From contig NW_021836160.1 in NCBI RefSeq assembly GCF_006345805.1, positions 1 to 64,000 of the forward strand: a stretch of 64,000 bases of DNA, written 5' to 3'. Positions 52,790 to 64,000 of the stretch are shown in pieces. Positions within the stretch are counted from its first letter, which is position 1, and each line of letters starts with the position of its first letter. The translations under genes were made by a program, and so were the position numbers. This DNA is from Octopus sinensis. Its lineage: Eukaryota. The notes beneath the pieces were generated by a model that saw only the letters and a list, made by a program, of their open reading frames with translations, was not told where the DNA came from and searched no databases.

Positions 52790-55420
52790 CATTTCTCAAT
52801 CTCTGTTGCTGTGTTGGTCTTGTCATTTTGTAAACCTGTCCACCAGTGTTAGATATACAGAATTCAAAAAAGTGCTCAAGTTGTTGTTAGGAGATGGTAG
52901 ATAATCTCTACTAAGTCAGTTGCCAAACATCGAGGCATTAATGTGTCCAATCCCAGAGGAAAACGATGGATAATCTCGTGGGTCTCTAGCAAGTCAGTTG
53001 CCAAACGTCAGGGCTTTAATATGTCCATTCCATGGGGAAAACAATGGATAATCTTGTGGGTCCCTACTAAGTCAGTTGCCAAACGTCGAGGCATTAATGT
53101 GTCCATGCCCAGGAGAAAACAATGGATAATCTCGTGGGTCTGTAGCAAGTCAGTTGCCAAACGTCGGGGCTTTAATGTGTCTATGCCCTGGGGAAAACGA
53201 TAGATAATCTTGTGGGTCTCTAGCAAGTCAGTTGCCAAACGTCGGGGCTTTAATGTGTCTATGCCCTGGGGAAAACGATAGATAATCTTGTGGGTCTCTA
53301 GCAAGTCAGTTGCCAAACGTCGAGGAATTAATGTGTCTATGCCCTGGGGAAAACGATGGATAATCTTGTGGGTCTGTAGCAAGTCAGTTGCCAAACGTCG
53401 GGGTTTTAATGTGTCTATGCCCAGGGTAAAACTATGGATAATCTTGTGGGTCTCTAGCAAGTCAGTTGCCAAACGTCGGGGCTTTAATGTGTCTATGCCC
53501 AGGGGAAAACGATAGATAATCTTGTGGGTCTCTAGCAAGTCAGTTGCCAAACGTCGGGGCTTTAATGTGTCTATGCCCTGGGGAAAACGATGGATAATCT
53601 TGTGGGTCTCTAGCAAGTCAGTTGCCAAACGTCGGGGCTTTAATGTGTCTATGCCCTGGGGAAAACGATAGATAATCTTGTGGGTCTCTAGCAAGTCAGT
53701 TGCCAAACGTCGAGGAATTAATGTGTCTATGCCCTGGGGAAAACGATGGATAATCTTGTGTGTCTCTAGCAAGTCAGTTGCCAAACGTCGAGGCTTTAAT
53801 GTGTCTATGCCCTGGGGAAAACGATGGATAATCTTGTGGATCTCTACTTAGTCAGTTGCCAAACGTCGAGGCATTAATGTGTCCATGCCCAGGGGAAAAC
53901 AATGGATAATCTTGTGGGTCTCTAGCAAGTCAGTTGCCAAACGTCGAGGCATTAATGTGTCTATGCCCAGGGGAAAACGATGGATAATCTTGTGGGTCTC
54001 TAGCAAGTCAGTTGCCAAACGTCGGGGTTTTAATGTGTCTATGCCCAGGGGAAAACGATGGATAATCTTGTGGGTCTCTAGCAAGTCAGTTGCCAAACGT
54101 CGGGGCTTTAATGTGTCTATGCCCAGGGGAAAACGATGGATAATCTTGTGGGTCTCTAGCAAGTCAGTTGCCAAACGTCGGGGCTTTAATGTGTCTATGC
54201 CCTGGGGAAAACGATGGATAATCTTGTGGATCTCTACTTAGTTGGTTGCCAAACATCGAGGCTTTAATATGTCCATGTCCAGGGAAAGATGGTGGATAAT
54301 CTTGTGGGTCTCTACTAATTTAGTTGCCAAATATCGAGGCATTAATGTTTCCATGCTCAGAGGAAAACGATGGATAATCTTGTGGGTCTCTAGCAAGTCA
54401 GTTGCCAAACGTCGGGGCTTTAATATGTCCATACCCAGGGGAAAACGATGGATATTCTTGAGGGTCTCTAGCAAGTCAGTTGCCAAATATCGAGGCATTA
54501 ATGTTTCCATGCTCAGAGGAAAACGATGGATAATCTTGTGGGTCTCTAGCAAGTCAGTTGCCAAACGTCGGGGCTTTAATGTGTCTATGCCCTGGGGAAA
54601 ACGATGGATAATCTTGTGGATCTCTACTTAGTTGGTTGCCAAACATCGAGGCTTTAATATGTCCATGTCCAGGGAAAGATGGTGGATAATCTTGTGGGTC
54701 TCTACTAAGTTAGTTGCCAAATATCGAGGCATTAATGTTTCCATGCTCAGAGGAAAACGATGGATAATCTTGTGGGTCACTAGCAAGTCAGTTGCCAAAC
54801 GTCGGGGCTTTAATATGTCCATACCCAGGGGAAAACGATGGATATTCTTGAGGGTCTCTAGCAAGTCAGTTGCCAAATATCGAGGCATTAATGTTTCCAT
54901 GCTCAGAGGAAAACGATGGATAATCTTGTTGTTCTCTAGCAAGTCAGTTGCCAAACGTTGGGGCTTTAATATGTCCATACCCAGGGGAAAACGATGGATA
55001 ATCTTGAGGGTCTCTAGCAAGTCAGTTGCCAAACGTCGGGGATTTAATGTGTCCATGCCCTGGGGAAAACGATGGATAATCTTGTGGGTCTGTAGGAAGT
55101 CAGTTGCCAAACGTCGGGGATTTAATGTGTCCATGCCCTGGGGAAAACGATGGATAATCTTGAGGGTCTCTACTTAGTCAGTTGCCAAACGTCGAGGTTT
55201 TAATGTGTCCATGTCCAGGCAAGGAAGACGTTCAGAGTATGGTAGATGCCTGACGGAGGGTATACGTTTCGTTGCACGTTTCTGAACAATTCCCAGGTGA
55301 TTGATAGGCTGAGCAAGATAAGGCTCGAAACTGGTGGTGCAAACTCCGAACATAGACATATACAACTTTAAGTATATAGCTGGAGAGCGGCTGACAAAAG
55401 TCTTAATTGGTGATGCTAAG
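52790..55420 (-). mobile_element. CR1-like LINE ORF2 3' fragment interrupted by an internal tandem amplification
   Basis: KTFVSRSPAIYLKLY...PYLAQPINHLGIVQKRATKRIPSVRHLPYSERL..LDMDTLKPRRLATD precedes the array. NNN.EH...SNTGGQVYK follows it. Both fit the CR1 C-terminal pattern. Confidence 0.85.
52915..55210 (-). repeat. 78-bp tandem repeat, ~30 units, no indels, with 390-bp higher-order repeat
   Basis: The GTCAGTTGCC anchor (GTTGGTTGCC/GTTAGTTGCC in some units) recurs every 78 bp from 52915 to 55177. A unit encodes DTLKPRRLATDLLETHKIIHRFPLG(M/I). Confidence 0.97.
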
Positions 55421-55556
55421 TTACTCTTGGTTCTCTTTCTCTCTTTCTTTTTTTCTCTCTTTCTCTCTCTCTCTTTACGGCTCTTTTTATAAATACGTGT
55501 GTGTGTTTTTATACGTGTGTGTATATGGGTATATATGTGATATACATGAAACATTC

Positions 55557-55875
55557 CAACCACATGGTTCCGAGTTCAGTGCCACTGCGTAGCACCTAGG
55601 GCAAGTGTCTTTACTAAGGCAATGGGCCGCCGACCAAAGCCTTGTGACTTGACTGGATTTGGTAAACAGAAACTGAAAAGAGCCCGCCGACCACCATCAC
55701 TAGACAACCGATGTTGGTGTGTTTACATCCCTATAACTTAGGAGCTCGGCAAAAGAGACCGATAAAATAAGTACTAGTCTCACAAAGAATAAGTCCTGAG
55801 TAAAAACACTTTAAGGCGGTGCTCCAGTATGGCTGCAGACAGAAATTTACTGAAACAAGCAAAAGCATAAAAGAA
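55557..55875 (+). mobile_element. SINE family A, 5'-truncated, without internal microsatellite
   Basis: CCAACCACATGGTTCCGAGTTCAGT...GAGACCGATAAAATAAGTAC. Confidence 0.85.
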
Positions 55876-55894
55876 TATATACATACATACATAT

Positions 55895-56190
55895 ATCACG
55901 TGATCACGTGACCGACCAGACCATCTGATGTTGTTACACATCGCTGGTCACAATGCGTTCGCATTGTTTTAGCCTTCGAATGACGCCACCCCGCTAGCTA
56001 AGCGAGTAGGCCAACACAAGAAAGAGTGGAAGAAAGAGTACAGCAGGGAGCACCACCCCCTGCCGGGGCCTCGTGGGGCTTTTTATGGGTTTTCGCTCAA
56101 TAAACACTCAACGCCCGGTCTGGGAATCGAAACCGCGATCCTACGACCGCGAGTCCGCTGCCTTAACCACTGGGCCATTGCGCCTCCACA
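55895..56190 (-). mobile_element. tRNA-derived SINE related to family C
   Basis: Minus strand TGGCCCAGTGGTTAAGG...GGTTTCGATTCCC. Confidence 0.85.
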
Positions 56191-56269
56191 CACACAGACA
56201 TATATATATATGTATATACATATATATATATATATTAATCTTATCTCTTCACTCTTATACGCCATTTGG

Positions 56270-56640
56270 TCTCAACTCTCCCCCCCTCCTCATCTAACCC
56301 CCTCCTCACCTATCCTTTCTCCCCCCGACCCCTACTTCTTCAGTCCTTCATCCTTTCACCCCTACTCCCCTTCCCTTCTTCCCTCTTTCTCCCTCCCTCT
56401 TCCCCTTCCCTCTGCTCCCTCACTCCCTCTCTCCCCTTCTCTCTCCCCCTCTCCCTCTTTCCTCCTTCTCTTCTCTCCCTCACTCCCTCTCTCCCCTTCT
56501 CTCTCCCCCTCTCCCTCTTTCCTCCTTCATCCCCCTCATCCCCTTCCTTCTCCCCCATCCTCTCCTCTCCCCTTCTCCTCCCCCTCTTCTTCCCCTCCCC
56601 TTCTCCCCCCCTCTTCTCCCCCTCCCCTTCTCTCCTCACT
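56270..56640. repeat. Polypyrimidine (CT-rich) tract with 60-bp tandem duplication
   Basis: Direct reading. Repeat at 56421 and 56481. Confidence 0.85.
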
Positions 56641-57137
56641 ACACCACATGACTTTAAACATCACATCACATATGATGTGCCATACTAATACACACACCAA
56701 CTAATACATACTAATACGTACTAATACATACTAGTACATACTAATACTTACACCAACCCTATACATACACACGTCCAGACCCCGCATACGCACTTATACT
56801 CTCTCACACCAACACACACACCTATACATACCAATACGTACTAATGCATACTAATACATACTAATACATACACCAACCCCATACATACGCACGTCCAGAC
56901 CAATCTTACGCACTAATACTCTCTCATACACACACACACACACACCACACACCCTTATACATAATAATACATACACCAACCCTATACATACACACATCCA
57001 GACCCCTCCCACGCACTTTTAGCTGGTCCCTCAACCCGTTTATCAATCCTATTATCTCCCCTTATTCGCTCTCGCGCTCTCATGTTTGATCTTTGACCTC
57101 TGGCCGAAATCAGATCGCCATGTTGATTCGTTAGCTA

Positions 57138-57326
57138 CTGCACGCATTTTTTTTCTCTCCTTCTTTCTGTGTTTTTTTCTCTCTGGTATCTTTCTGTTGA
57201 AGAGCGTAGGCTCGAAACGTTAAAGACTTGTTTTATTTATATTTCCTGAGCGCCATACTAATACAATTGTTCGTTTGTTTTCCACCTGCCTTCGTCTTTT
57301 GTTTATTTTCATAAAGCTTCCCGTTA
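57138..57326 (+). mobile_element. Hammerhead-like repeat family, copy c
   Basis: TCTTT-CTGTTGAA-GAGC GTAG GCTC-GAAACGTT-AAAGA at 57189-57226. Confidence 0.8.
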
Positions 57327-57372
57327 TATATATATATATATATGTATGTATATATATATATATATATATATG

Positions 57373-57407
<35 letters not shown>

Positions 57408-57726
57408 GTATATTACACATTTACGTATATACGTATTTTACACATTTCCCATTATATTTACACGCATACACACATACAAACACACACACACACCCGCGCG
57501 CGGACACGCACACACACATGCAGGCGCATGCGTGGATGGATAATACGTGTGCGCATATGTTTAGAATCATTGCTACTTTTCTGCTGTTTACAATCACTTT
57601 CTTTTAGATTTCTTAGTTGTTATTGAAAAGAAAGAACGTGTGTACACGTGTGTGTGTGCGTGCGTATGTGTGGGCGTGTGTGTATATATATAGATATATA
57701 TATATATATATATATATATATCTATA

Positions 57727-57807
<81 letters not shown>

Positions 57808-57900
57808 ACATATATACATGCGACTATATATAGAACGAATAGAACCCACATATACAGAATTACACGCTATAGTAGTGTATATACTATGTATATATGTATC

Positions 57901-57935
<35 letters not shown>

Positions 57936-57964
57936 CTATACATAGCATAGATATTATTATATAC

Positions 57965-58012
<48 letters not shown>

Positions 58013-58359
58013 CATCCATACATAATCATACATGCGAACTTATGTATATGAACGAATAGAAACACACATATACGAATCACAGATATGGTTATATGGTAGG
58101 TAACATACATATATTATCATAGCATGGCCAAGTCTTAGTTGCACTTCATTGATTTCCATGTGGCACAGCATTCATGTTGATCTAGCTGATATCATATAAG
58201 ATATGCCACGGATGCCATCATATATCATGTGCTATAGAAACCACCAATTTCACTAATGATTGTATACTTAAAGGATATTTGAGCTGAGTTAACGCAAAAC
58301 AACAGACCTATAAGCGATTGTTTTAGTTTCGAATTTACTATCTCGTTGTTTGTTGTTTG

Positions 58360-58630
58360 TTCTCTTCTTTTCTTCTTCTTCTTCTTCTTTTTTCTTCTTC
58401 TTCTTCTTCTTCTTCTTCTTCTTCTTCTTCGTACTATTATTATTATTATCGTCATTATTAACATCCGTCTTCTTCTTCTTCTTCTTCTTCTTCTTCTTCT
58501 TCGTCTTCTTCTTATTCTTCTTCTTCGTCGTCTTCTTTTCTTCTTCTTCTTCTTCTTCTTCTTCTTATTCGTCTTCTTCTTCTTCTTCGTCTTCTTCTTC
58601 TTCTTCTTCTTCTTCTTCGTCTTCTTACTA
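58360..58630. repeat. (CTT)n microsatellite
   Basis: Direct reading. Confidence 0.95.
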
Positions 58631-58644
58631 TTATTATTATTATT

Positions 58645-58828
58645 CTTTTGTACTCTAGGCACACGGCCTTGAATGTTTGAGGAGGGGGGGGGCAGTCGAT
58701 TAGATCGACCCAAGTACGCAACTGGTACTTAATTTATCGACCCCGAAAAGATGAAAAGCAAAGTCGACCTCGGCAGTATTTTAACCCAGAACGTAAAGAC
58801 AGACGAAATACCACTAGGCATTTCGCCC
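58645..58828 (-). mobile_element. SINE family B
   Basis: GGTACTTAATTTATCGACCCCGAAAAGATGAAAAGCAAAGTCGACCTCGGC. Confidence 0.85.
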
Positions 58829-58859
58829 GTTTCGCCGCCTTTAGAAACGGTAACATTGC

Positions 58860-59430
58860 AACAAATTGTGAAGTGGCGAACACTAGTGCGAGACACGTAA
58901 GCATAGGTTGCTGGAGGGAAATGTTTCTACAGAGGAGCAGGCAAAGAAACACCACAATTTGACTTTTAAAAATGAAGAACTGCAAAAGTCTCGCAAACCT
59001 GCCCGTACATTTGCAACTCTCTGACAGGTACCGACTGGGTATCCTTGATGTGCCAATGTGGACGTAGTCGAATCGTATCAGGTCATCCAGGTCGTATCTA
59101 GACAGGGTATTCTGTAGATAAAGATTGTATAAGTTGACCACATTTCAAACTGGTCAGCTACAAATACCAGAAATTTGGGATCTGTACGGTCGATCTAAAT
59201 AGGTTTTGAATGTAGGGAGCCGGTTACTGGAAGGTGAACGCGTCACTTCCGGAGCGCCAAGCTTAGAGATACCGGATTAGAGAATTAGTTAAGCGGGCGT
59301 TGATAAGGGCAATCGTCAACGTGGAATGGTGGTTTGCTCTGAAATGGGTGAATAGAGTAGAATCAGTTAGGTTCAGTAAGGTATTAATGACAGAAAGAAA
59401 TAAAGTAGAGGGAAACTTAGAGGCTTACAA
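58860..59430 (+). mobile_element. L1/Tx1-like APE endonuclease/linker fragment
   Basis: Plus-strand MWT*SNRIRSSRSYLDRVFCR and GAGYWKVNASL...IRELVKRAL motifs. Confidence 0.7.
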
Positions 59431-59604
59431 ACGGCTTTTAAGAAGGGCATCGCAACCGACGGACTGGGGGTGAGATTGAGCCAGGACCAATTCTTCAAGG
59501 CTAAACATGAATATATACAAATGTGTGTTTGTATGCGTGATGTGTGTGAGTATGTGTTTATCTTTCTCTTTCTTTCTTTTCTTTCTTTTCTCTCTTTCTT
59601 TCTT

Positions 59605-59652
<48 letters not shown>

Positions 59653-59749
59653 ATATATAATATATATATATATAATATATATATATATATAGAGAGAGAG
59701 GAAGAGAGAGAGAGATAGAGAGATAGATAGAGGAGATGGATATAGTTGA

Positions 59750-59905
59750 AATTTATAGAAAAACAAAAGATGAAGACTGGTGTATGAACAACAAGCAAGT
59801 GAATGAGTTTGACGCTCGAGGAAACGAAAAAGTCTTTTACGTTTCGAGCCCACGCACTTCAACAGAAAGGAATAAGAGAAAATAAACAGACAGAGAATGA
59901 AAAAA
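59750..59905 (-). mobile_element. Hammerhead-like repeat family, copy d
   Basis: Minus strand CCTTTCTGTTGAAGTGCGTGGGCTCGAAACGTAAAAGAC. Confidence 0.75.
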
Positions 59906-60299
59906 AAAAACACTTCTTGATTTCAGTGATCCAATTGATTGAATTATAGAATGACAAGATAGTAGGAATTACATCAAATTCTTTAGCTTACAACTGTCTC
60001 ATTTCTACGAAACATTGCTCTCAGAGCAGAGTTTTGGGGCAACGATTTGCATCTTTTAATGGCTGTAACGTAGCTAAAAGTGTTACACAAGCACTCATCT
60101 TCGAGTGCGCTGCTTCTTCTGGCAGAAATAACTTTAAGCTGGTGAAATTAACGCAATTCCTATTGCCAAGTCATTCATTAATTTATATTGTAAACTGTAC
60201 TCGCTTAACGCATTGTTCTAAAGCATATATGTATTGAGTGGAGGCAACTGCTTATTTGTATCGGTATGCCTAAGCGGAAGCATAAAGTGTAAATATAGG

Positions 60300-60435
60300 C
60301 GATAGCGTGGTTGTGTCGGAGGAAGTTTCTTTCCCAACCACATGGTTCCGGGTTCAATCTCAATGCCTGGTAACTTCGCGCCAAGTATCTTCTACTATAG
60401 CAATGGGCTGACCAAAGCGCTGTGTGTGATCTGGT
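60300..60435 (+). mobile_element. SINE family A head, diverged
   Basis: CCCAACCACATGGTTCCGGGTTCAATC. Confidence 0.7.
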
Positions 60436-60459
60436 ATATATATATATAGAGAGAGATAG

Positions 60460-60510
<51 letters not shown>

Positions 60511-60519
60511 GAAGTATAA

Positions 60520-60552
<33 letters not shown>

Positions 60553-60561
60553 TATAGATAT

Positions 60562-60608
<47 letters not shown>

Positions 60609-60639
60609 ATTATATATATATATATATGTAGTAATCCAA

Positions 60640-60835
60640 ACATGAAAACACAAAGAGAAAACACAACAACGCGAGGACGTGGAATAAATATAGTATTATT
60701 GGACGCTCAGGAAAGAAGGAAAGAAGGAGGGTTTAACGTTTCGAACGGAGCTATTCGTCGGAAACATAGGAGAAGGAAAGATCCAGAGAAGAGAAGACAG
60801 AGGAAAAAAAATCGCCAACGGTACACACGATGTCA
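60640..60835 (-). mobile_element. Sister hammerhead-like repeat family
   Basis: Minus strand GTTT-CCGACGAA-TAGC TCC GTTC-GAAACGTT-AAAC. Confidence 0.6.
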
Positions 60836-60845
60836 CATTACGTGT

Positions 60846-60973
60846 AGCTTGGCTGTATGGTAAGAAGCTTGCTTCCCAACCACATGGTTTCAGGTTCAGT
60901 TCCACTGCGTTGTCCCTTGGTCAAGTGTCTTCTACTTCGCCTCTTGGTAGATGGAAACTGAAAGAAGCCCGTC

Positions 60974-61046
<73 letters not shown>

Positions 61047-61189
61047 GTTATGATGTCCCTGTTATCTAGCAGTCCGTCAAAAGGTCTACGAGTACAAAGA
61101 TTAAGTTCTGCGATCGATTTGCTCGACTAAAGGCGGTGCTCCAGCATGACCACAGTCAAATGACTGAAACAAGTAAAGTAAAGAGAAAA

Positions 61190-61190
<1 letters not shown>
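60846..61190 (+). mobile_element. SINE family A with internal deletions
   Basis: Family A head and tail flanking a microsatellite. Confidence 0.85.
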
Positions 61191-61272
<82 letters not shown>

Positions 61273-61456
61273 TCAGCTTAAGTTGCGAAGATGTTCCGGT
61301 TCATGACTGATTAATCTATATATATAGATTAATCAGCCTAAATTGCGAAGATGATCCGGTTCATGACTGAAGATTGAAGGCTTCGAATGTCCCATCCGTG
61401 TTTTTTGTATCGTTTCTAAATGTTTCACGTTCTTGTCCCAGTTTGTATTTTTTTAC

Positions 61457-61502
<46 letters not shown>

Positions 61503-61598
61503 CAACAATTGAGGGTAAAATTAATTAGTTATTAATGAATTTCACCAAGTAGTGTTCAGTATGTAAAAGGACCATTTAAGGCGAATTCAAAATATTAC

Positions 61599-62097
61599 AT
61601 TATATAATTAGGGCTTAGTAAAATAAATTACTTTGCCACATACTGAACTTTTTAGAATATAGCAGCCAAAGAGTTTTTAGCCATTTCCACTACTTTAGAA
61701 AACTTCTCTCAGATAATGTTACTCAAAGACAACTCACGAAGATATGGAGGTAAAACAGTAAAATATCACAAGTACAAAGATCATTTGAGAACGTCAACGT
61801 TTCTAGATTAGCCGAAATAAAACTCAGCATTTCTTTCCTCAGCTCAACATTTCTTAATTTTGGATTTGAAAGCACTAAAAATAATGAACATACCCGTCCA
61901 ACGATGTATCACCTCAGACAAACATCTTCAAACTGCCAGTACTAGCAAATTCAAAATGTACAAGCGACGATTCATGTTCCTTCCCCTTCCACCCACGTGA
62001 GTTAAGTAGTGGAAATGGCTAAAAACTTTTTGGCTGCTATTTCTAGAAAGTTCAGTATGTGGCAAAGTAATTTATTTTACTAAGCCCTAATTATATA

Positions 62098-62099
<2 letters not shown>
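61599..62099. repeat. Foldback, ~96-bp arms, ~310-bp spacer
   Basis: 61599-61695 is the reverse complement of 62004-62099. Confidence 0.88.
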
Positions 62100-62134
<35 letters not shown>

Positions 62135-62287
62135 CATATGTGTGTGTATGTGTGTGTGTTTGTGTGTGTGTGTGTGTCTGTGTCTGTGTGGTGTGTGTGT
62201 GTGTGAATGTGTCGGTCTTTGAGTGTTATGTTTGTCTCTCGCTTGATGCTGACCAAAACCCTGGGAGTGAATTTGGTAGACAAAAAC

Positions 62288-62905
62288 ATGGCGGCGAGCT
62301 GGTAGAAACGTTAACACGCTGGGCGAATTGCTTATGGGTATTTCGTCCGCCGCTACGTTCTGAGTTCAAATTCCGCCGAGGTCGACTTTGCCTTTCGAGG
62401 TCGATAAATTAAGTACCAGTCCCGCTGGTATAATCGACTTAATCCGTTTGTCTGTCCTTGTTTGTTCCCTCTGTATTTAGCTCCTTGTGGGTAGTAAAGA
62501 AATAGGTATTTCATCTGCCACTACGTTCTGAGTTCAAATTCCACCGAGGTCGACTTTGCCGTTCATTCTTTCGGGGTCGATGAATTAAGTACCAGTAACG
62601 CAATGGGGTCGATGTAATCGACTTAATCCCTTTGTCTGTTCTTGTTTGCTCCCCTCTATGTTTAGCCCCTTCTGGGAAATAAAGAAATAGGAAACGTTAA
62701 CACGCCGGGCGAAATGCTTAGCGGTATTTAGTCTGCCGCTACGTTCTGAGTTCAAATTCCGCCGAGGTCGACTTTGCCTTTCATCCTTTCGGGGTTGATT
62801 AAATAAGTACCGGTTACGCACTGGGGTCGATATAATCGACTCAATCTGTTTCTCTTTCCTTCTTTGTCCTCTCTGTTTTCAGCCCATTGTGGGCAATAAA
62901 GAAAT
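62288..62905 (+). mobile_element. Head-to-tail chain of three SINE family B units
   Basis: GTTCTGAGTTCAAATTCC(G/A)CCGAGGTCGACTTTGCC occurs three times. Confidence 0.9.
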
Positions 62906-62997
62906 AAGAAACTGAAAGAAGCCTGTCGTATATGTGTGTGTGTGTGTGTGTATCTATGTATCTGTGTCTGTGTTTGTCTCCCAATCATCGCCAGTCG

Positions 62998-63029
<32 letters not shown>

Positions 63030-63290
63030 TGTATGTATGTATGTATGTATGTATGTACGTATGTTATGTATGTATGTATGTATGTGTGTCTCTATTTGTC
63101 CCGCCATCGTCGCTATACAACCGCTGTTGGTGTGTTTTATGTCCACGTAATCTAGCAGTTTGACAAAAGAGATCGATAGAACAAGTATCAAGCTTTAAAG
63201 TATGTACTGGGGTCGATTTATTCGTCGAAAAATAATCCAAAGTAGTGCTCTAGCATGGCCACAGACAAATGACTGAAACATGTTGAATAA
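62905..63290 (+). mobile_element. 5'-truncated SINE family A fused to the family B chain
   Basis: GAAACTGAAAGAAGCCTGTCGTA...GCATGGCCACAGACAAATGACTGAAAC. Confidence 0.8.
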
Positions 63291-63413
63291 AAGTATGCGT
63301 GTATGCGCACAAACGCATACACACACTCTCATACGAAAACACGCTCACACACACTTACTCACGCACGCACACACACAAACACATACACTCACACACGCAC
63401 ACACACACATGCA

Positions 63414-63446
<33 letters not shown>

Positions 63447-63739
63447 GCGTATAGTTTGCGATCCATTGCAAATGTGCGACGTAAAACGAACTTGTCTTAA
63501 TTATTTGAAAGACAAAACTATAATTGTCAAGCATTCCCATTCTGGTGAACAGGATCCGATAATGAAGCTAACGCGCATTTATTAGAATAGAAATGCCGTT
63601 AGTTCAATTTGCAATGATCTTTCTTGACACAGGACAATTTCCCACAACGCCATTAAATCATTCGTTGGTCACCTCGATCGAAACGAATTTTTGCTGGTGC
63701 CTGAGAGAAATACACGAGACAGATTTTCCATCAGTGACA

Positions 63740-64000
63740 CTTCTTCTTCTTCTTCTCTTCTTCTTCTTCTTCTTCTTCTTCTTCTTCTTCTTCTTCTTCT
63801 TCTGCTCTTCTTCTTCTTCTTCTTCTTCTTCTGCCCTTCTTCTGCCCTCCTCCTCCTCCTCCTCTTCTTCTTCTTCTTCTTCTTCTTCTTTTTCTTCCTT
63901 TTCTTTTCCCCTTCCTTCTTCTTCTTCTTCTTCTTTTTTCCTTTTCTTTTCCTCTTCTTCTTCTTCTTCTTTTCTTCTCTTTTCCCTTCTTCTTCTTCCT
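63740..64000. repeat. (CTT)n/polypyrimidine tract
   Basis: Direct reading. Confidence 0.95.

Noticed and set aside
52915-55210. CRISPR-like array
   Set aside because: Units are contiguous with no unique spacers, the context is eukaryotic, and the unit is LINE-derived.
413-63585. The many poly-I/Y/L/H/T/P/N and YI/CV/HT ORFs in the track
   Set aside because: They are translations of microsatellites, with no domain-like content.
63630-63735. Acceptor-like sites on both strands and an LRR-like ISHNAIKS peptide
   Set aside because: No credible donor; the frames run into (CTT)n or stop.

Overview
Repeat-dense, AT-rich eukaryotic DNA, apparently intronic or intergenic. The SINE families, 5S fragment and microsatellite load look like an octopod cephalopod (Octopus-like); this is pattern recognition, not a database result. 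No host protein-coding gene can be established, and nearly all ORFs in the track are microsatellite translations. Recognisable content: (i) at least four tRNA-headed SINE families in more than 25 copies; (ii) decayed LINE fragments: three L1/Tx1-like, one CR1-like and three with restriction-like endonuclease (R4/Dong-like) C-termini; (iii) a mariner 3' end, a Tc1/mariner MITE and a Helitron-like non-autonomous element; (iv) a 5'-truncated 5S rRNA pseudogene; (v) several Penelope-like ends and foldbacks carrying hammerhead-like motifs. The unusual structures are: a 4.4-kb inverted repeat (1.6-kb arms) with extreme, strand-polarised transition bias that flips at its centre; an exact-period 78-bp in-frame minisatellite (about 30 units, 390-bp higher-order repeat) that grew inside a CR1 ORF2; a dispersed ~190-bp family built around a minimal type I hammerhead-like fold; and retroelements that sit inside (TAA)n or (TACA)n arrays.
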